8,746 nucleotides of DNA from Vibrio cholerae ATCC 14035. Its GTDB lineage: Bacteria > Pseudomonadota > Gammaproteobacteria > Enterobacterales > Vibrionaceae. The stretch is taken from positions 1 through 8,746 of the forward strand of contig NZ_JHXR01000044.1 in the NCBI RefSeq assembly GCF_000621645.1, in the 5' to 3' direction. Each line of letters opens with the position of its first letter. The first letter of the stretch is position 1. The position numbers and the translations under genes are program-made. The notes beneath the pieces were generated by a model that was not told the origin of the DNA, made no database searches, and saw nothing but the letters and a program-made list of their open reading frames with translations. Shown here piece after piece: positions 6,594-8,746 of the stretch.

Positions 6594-6774
6594 TGTTCAC
6601 ACCGAAAGCAAGGCGGAAGAGCTGATCGAGTATCTGATGTACTTCGGGCGCTGGACAAGAGAACAGGCCATCGCCCACGCCGACAAACACTGTGGAGAGT
6701 GGCGCACTACGCCAGTACCACAAGCCAAACACTTTGAATCCATCGCCAGCGATGAAGAGGAAATAGAAGAATGA
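6577..6774 (+). CDS. Hypothetical small, very acidic protein (65 aa; 16 D/E against 7 K/R; tail SDEEEIEE)
   Basis: A GTG start at 6577 follows the RBS GGAGGAG (6560-6566) and overlaps the upstream ORF by 17 nt. Its stop overlaps the next start in an ATGA. The start codon is uncertain. Confidence 0.5.
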   Translation: MEKPLDVHTESKAEELIEYLMYFGRWTREQAIAHADKHCGEWRTTPVPQAKHFESIASDEEEIEE

Positions 6775-7241
6775 GCGAACTAAAAAGCCAATCCATCACA
6801 AAAGAGATGTGGCAGCAAATTGAAAAAGAAATGTCAGATGGCTGGGTAAACATCGTTTTTGCCTATAAAGGCCATGAACTGACGGTTAACCGCGTGCGCG
6901 TGTCTGAATCGAAAACGTGTCTGCAAGTGTATATCGATGGGTTCATCAAAGGTGAATGGGTTAGCTTCAGCGGTGATAAAGGTTTCAGTGATAAAGCACC
7001 TGCGATCCTGCCTGACGTTTGGGGTAAGAAAACTAGGGCGAAATACAACAGAAGGTTCAAGGAGACAATGACCAGAATATGGGGCAAGCGTGGAGTTAAA
7101 AGAGAATACCCAGACCTTGATGATTCATTGGTATTTCATATCCCAAACTTCTCCAAAGCTTCAGTGCTCTGTCGCCAGTATAAAAAGCTTGAAGGCATTG
7201 AGTTGGTCAGCGCGCACTTTGTGAAAGCGGAGGGGCTATGA
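6771..7241 (+). CDS. Hypothetical 156-aa protein with a basic central patch (GKKTRAKYNRRFKETMTRIWGKRGVKR)
   Basis: There are ATGA start/stop overlaps at both ends (6771-6774 and 7238-7241), and the ORF is on the operon strand. I cannot name a family. Confidence 0.65.
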   Translation: MSELKSQSITKEMWQQIEKEMSDGWVNIVFAYKGHELTVNRVRVSESKTCLQVYIDGFIKGEWVSFSGDKGFSDKAPAILPDVWGKKTRAKYNRRFKETMTRIWGKRGVKREYPDLDDSLVFHIPNFSKASVLCRQYKKLEGIELVSAHFVKAEGL

Positions 7242-7768
7242 AACTCTGCCGCTGCCCGATTTGCCACAGCAACATCACCCTTGATGCGCTGATTGCCGAT
7301 GATGCAGGCCGCGAGCTGCTAAGCCTAGTCGCCCAACTGCCGGACTTTGTAGCGCGCCCAATGATGGGTTACATCAGCCTGTTTCGCCCTGCAAAGTCTG
7401 ACCTTTCCAACAGCCGCGCCCTGCGGCTGATTGGTGAAGTGTTGGAGCTGTACAAGGCCGATCATTTACTTGCAAGCGCGCTGATTGAATGCACCACCAA
7501 GCTGCGCGAAAAGCGCCAACAGCATGGTGATTCAAAGCCACTGGCAAACCACAACTACCTCAAGAGTGTTTATAAAACCTTGGCGGTACGCAACAACGTG
7601 GCGGTGAGTGAGCCAACCGCAAACAGCGAAAAGGCCGAGCCACCAAGAGAAGACGTCAGCGCGTGGTACGTAGAGCGCGCAAACCAAATGCTCGCCCAAG
7701 GCAAAGACCCACTCGGCGAGAAAAGCCCCATCGCAGCCAAGCTGCGTGAACTTGGATGGAAAGCGTAG
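7238..7768 (+). CDS. Hypothetical 176-aa protein with an N-terminal CxCxxC motif (MKLCRCPICHS)
   Basis: It is coupled to the upstream gene by an ATGA overlap. It is the last gene before the only sizeable intergenic gap in the operon. I cannot name a family with confidence. Confidence 0.65.
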   Translation: MKLCRCPICHSNITLDALIADDAGRELLSLVAQLPDFVARPMMGYISLFRPAKSDLSNSRALRLIGEVLELYKADHLLASALIECTTKLREKRQQHGDSKPLANHNYLKSVYKTLAVRNNVAVSEPTANSEKAEPPREDVSAWYVERANQMLAQGKDPLGEKSPIAAKLRELGWKA

Positions 7769-7772
7769 CGAA

Positions 7773-7819
7773 ACAAGCAAGGTTCGCCTTGCTTGTCTGC
7801 CTAGCGTGGTTGCTAGGCA
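7773..7819 (+). other. Twin adjacent hairpins in the 79-bp intergenic gap
   Basis: Hairpin 1 is ACAAGCAAGG (7773-7782) / TTCG loop / CCTTGCTTGT (7787-7796), a perfect 10-bp stem. Hairpin 2 is TGCCTAGC (7798-7805) / GTGGTT loop / GCTAGGCA (7812-7819), a perfect 8-bp stem. No T-run follows either stem directly. The nearest is TTTTT at 7840-7844, beside the RBS. Confidence 0.8.
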
Positions 7820-7847
7820 CTGATGAGCAGCCAAGGGAGTTTTTATT

Positions 7848-8081
7848 ATGTTCGGTGAATACACGCCACTAATGAAAGCAGGATTATTGCAACGCCGTAT
7901 TGCAACGGGAAAGGCGCGCCTTTGTCCTGAGCTGGGGCTTGAAAAGTGGTGTCCGCACTGCACTGAGTTCTGGCCGCAAGATACGCTGTTTTGGTCGCCC
8001 TCATCGCGTGAAGCGGATGGCCTGCAAACTTGGTGCAAAGCTTGTCAGCTCGAATACAAGAACAGTCGCAAAGCGGCTTAG
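7848..8081 (+). CDS. Small stand-alone zinc-ribbon protein (77 aa)
   Basis: The RBS GGGAG (7834-7838) lies 9 nt upstream of the ATG. The motif is KWCPHC...F....(x)..ADGLQTWCKACQLEYKNSRK. This CxxC...DGL...CKxC pattern is, from memory, usually the N-terminal module of phage HNH/AP2-type proteins. No nuclease domain is present here. Confidence 0.65.
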   Translation: MFGEYTPLMKAGLLQRRIATGKARLCPELGLEKWCPHCTEFWPQDTLFWSPSSREADGLQTWCKACQLEYKNSRKAA

Positions 8082-8098
8082 TAAATGGTGGAATAATC

Positions 8099-8284
8099 AT
8101 GATACATATGTGGGTGCCTATTGCTGATGAACTTCCTGAGGATGGTCAGGATTGTAAAATAATGTTTAAAGATGAAACTGAGTCAACAGCAACGTACTGG
8201 TCTGGACTTGGAATCTTTTGTCTCACAGGGGTGTTAACTTCATTTGGCGGGCAAGAGGTTACGCACTGGATGCCAAATAATTAA
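8099..8284 (+). CDS. DUF551-like small protein (61 aa)
   Basis: The ATG at 8099 follows GGTGGA (8087-8092). The ATG at 8108 is an alternative start, and the track start at 8030 overlaps the previous gene. MWVPIADELPEDGQ...ATYWSG...VTHWMP fits the remembered DUF551 pattern W..v.d.LPe.g...........vthWmp. The segment has low GC, about 40% by hand count of 8101-8220. Confidence 0.6.
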   Translation: MIHMWVPIADELPEDGQDCKIMFKDETESTATYWSGLGIFCLTGVLTSFGGQEVTHWMPNN

Positions 8285-8294
8285 GGGTAGAGAA

Positions 8295-8746
8295 ATGTCC
8301 AAGCTCCTTAAACTTGTACAAATCGGTAAGCGCGAATTGCAACTCAGCGATGAAGCTTATCGAGATTTGCTAGAGGAAGTCACAGGCCAGCGCAGTTCGC
8401 GCGGCCTGAACGATTTCAAGCTCAGAAAAATGGTGGATAGAATGAAGTCGCTCGGCTTTGTTCCGCAAACCAAAAGCACGCAACCACAGGCTAAGGCCAC
8501 CAAGCCAAGAGCGTTAGAGGTCACCAAGCTACGCGCAATTTGGATTACCATGCACAAGCAAGGCTTCGTGAAGAACGGCAGTGATGCAGCGTTGGATGCT
8601 TACGTAAAGCGCATGACCAGTATCACCAATGGCGGCAAAGGCATTGAGCGTGCAGCGTGGCTGAAATCAGAAGAGGCTTATGTTGTGCTTGAGTCTCTAA
8701 AGCGTTGGCACTACCGTTTGATGTCGGAGGCTATTGTTGCGGCGGG
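8295..8746 (+). CDS. gemA: GemA / Mu gp16-like protein (DUF1018), 3'-truncated by the window edge
   Basis: It is absent from the ORF track because no stop codon lies within the window. My own translation from the ATG at 8295 gives MSKLLKLVQIGKRELQLSDEAYRDLLEEVTGQRSSRGLNDFKLRKMVDRMKSLGF.... This parallels the remembered Mu GemA N-terminus (..LIHIGKRELGMDDDTYRAML..LTGK.S...). The frame stays open through 8746. Confidence 0.8.
   Translation, partial: MSKLLKLVQIGKRELQLSDEAYRDLLEEVTGQRSSRGLNDFKLRKMVDRMKSLGFVPQTKSTQPQAKATKPRALEVTKLRAIWITMHKQGFVKNGSDAALDAYVKRMTSITNGGKGIERAAWLKSEEAYVVLESLKRWHYRLMSEAIVAA

Larger units (their letters stand above)
19..8746 (+). mobile_element. Mu-like transposable prophage, left end and early region (partial, continues past the window)
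   Basis: Gene order is repressor(-) / ner / A transposase / B ATPase / small accessory genes / gemA, which is the canonical Mu early-region layout. A candidate terminus TGTATT at 19-24 matches the first six bases of the Mu left end as I recall it (TGTATTG...). The identity of the element is strong. The exact left boundary is tentative. Confidence 0.85.

Noticed and set aside
7773-7819. The twin hairpins read as a canonical Rho-independent terminator
   Set aside because: Neither stem is followed by a U-tract, and the nearest T-run is about 20 nt downstream next to the RBS. I report them as structured elements of unknown role rather than as a terminator.
7532-8038. A 168-aa minus-strand ORF spanning the 3' end of the 176-aa gene, the hairpin gap and the zinc-ribbon gene
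   Set aside because: It is antisense to well-supported plus-strand genes that have RBSs and translational coupling. Its product is rich in Cys, Arg and Ser with no recognisable motif and no RBS, which is typical of a shadow ORF on the opposite strand of real genes.
7900-8127. A 75-aa plus-strand ORF in an alternative frame over the zinc-ribbon gene, the minus-strand ORF at 7846-8100, and the minus-strand ORF at 8357-8557 inside gemA
   Set aside because: They compete with ORFs that have RBSs and recognisable motifs (a Cys4 ribbon, a GemA-like N-terminus). They have no independent support.
1-8746. A search for CRISPR arrays, tRNA or rRNA genes, and long tandem repeats
   Set aside because: No repeat-spacer periodicity, cloverleaf-compatible segments or rRNA-like regions were seen. 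The only repeats are the short regulatory and end repeats and the intragenic module duplications reported above.

Overview
The window is the left (early) arm of a Mu-like transposable prophage, read from its probable left end inward. Bases 1-18 are probably host flank. A candidate TG terminus lies at 19, followed by a repeat-rich attL-like end (19-148). Next comes a leftward CI/LexA-type repressor with an XRE HTH and an S24 autopeptidase domain (149-886), then a divergent promoter/operator region with perfect inverted repeats (887-1038). A single tightly packed rightward early operon follows: Ner-like regulator, MuA-type DDE transposase, MuB-type AAA+ activator, about ten small accessory genes, and a 3'-truncated GemA/gp16-like gene. 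I saw no tRNA, rRNA or CRISPR array. The core genes are well supported by motifs I can read directly: GDSMEP and VKR in the repressor, the DDE triad at codons 271/336/394, and Walker A/B boxes in the B protein. The least-explained part is the accessory block (4257-8284). It holds a paralogous gene pair built from three copies of a ~40-aa HTH-like module with a shared C-terminal tail, a run of overlapping small acidic ORFs headed by a possible DUF4258-like protein, an ATGA-coupled pair of orphan genes, twin hairpins without a U-tract, a stand-alone zinc ribbon, and a low-GC DUF551-like gene. Family assignments come from remembered family features, not from database searches. The host cannot be determined from the sequence alone.
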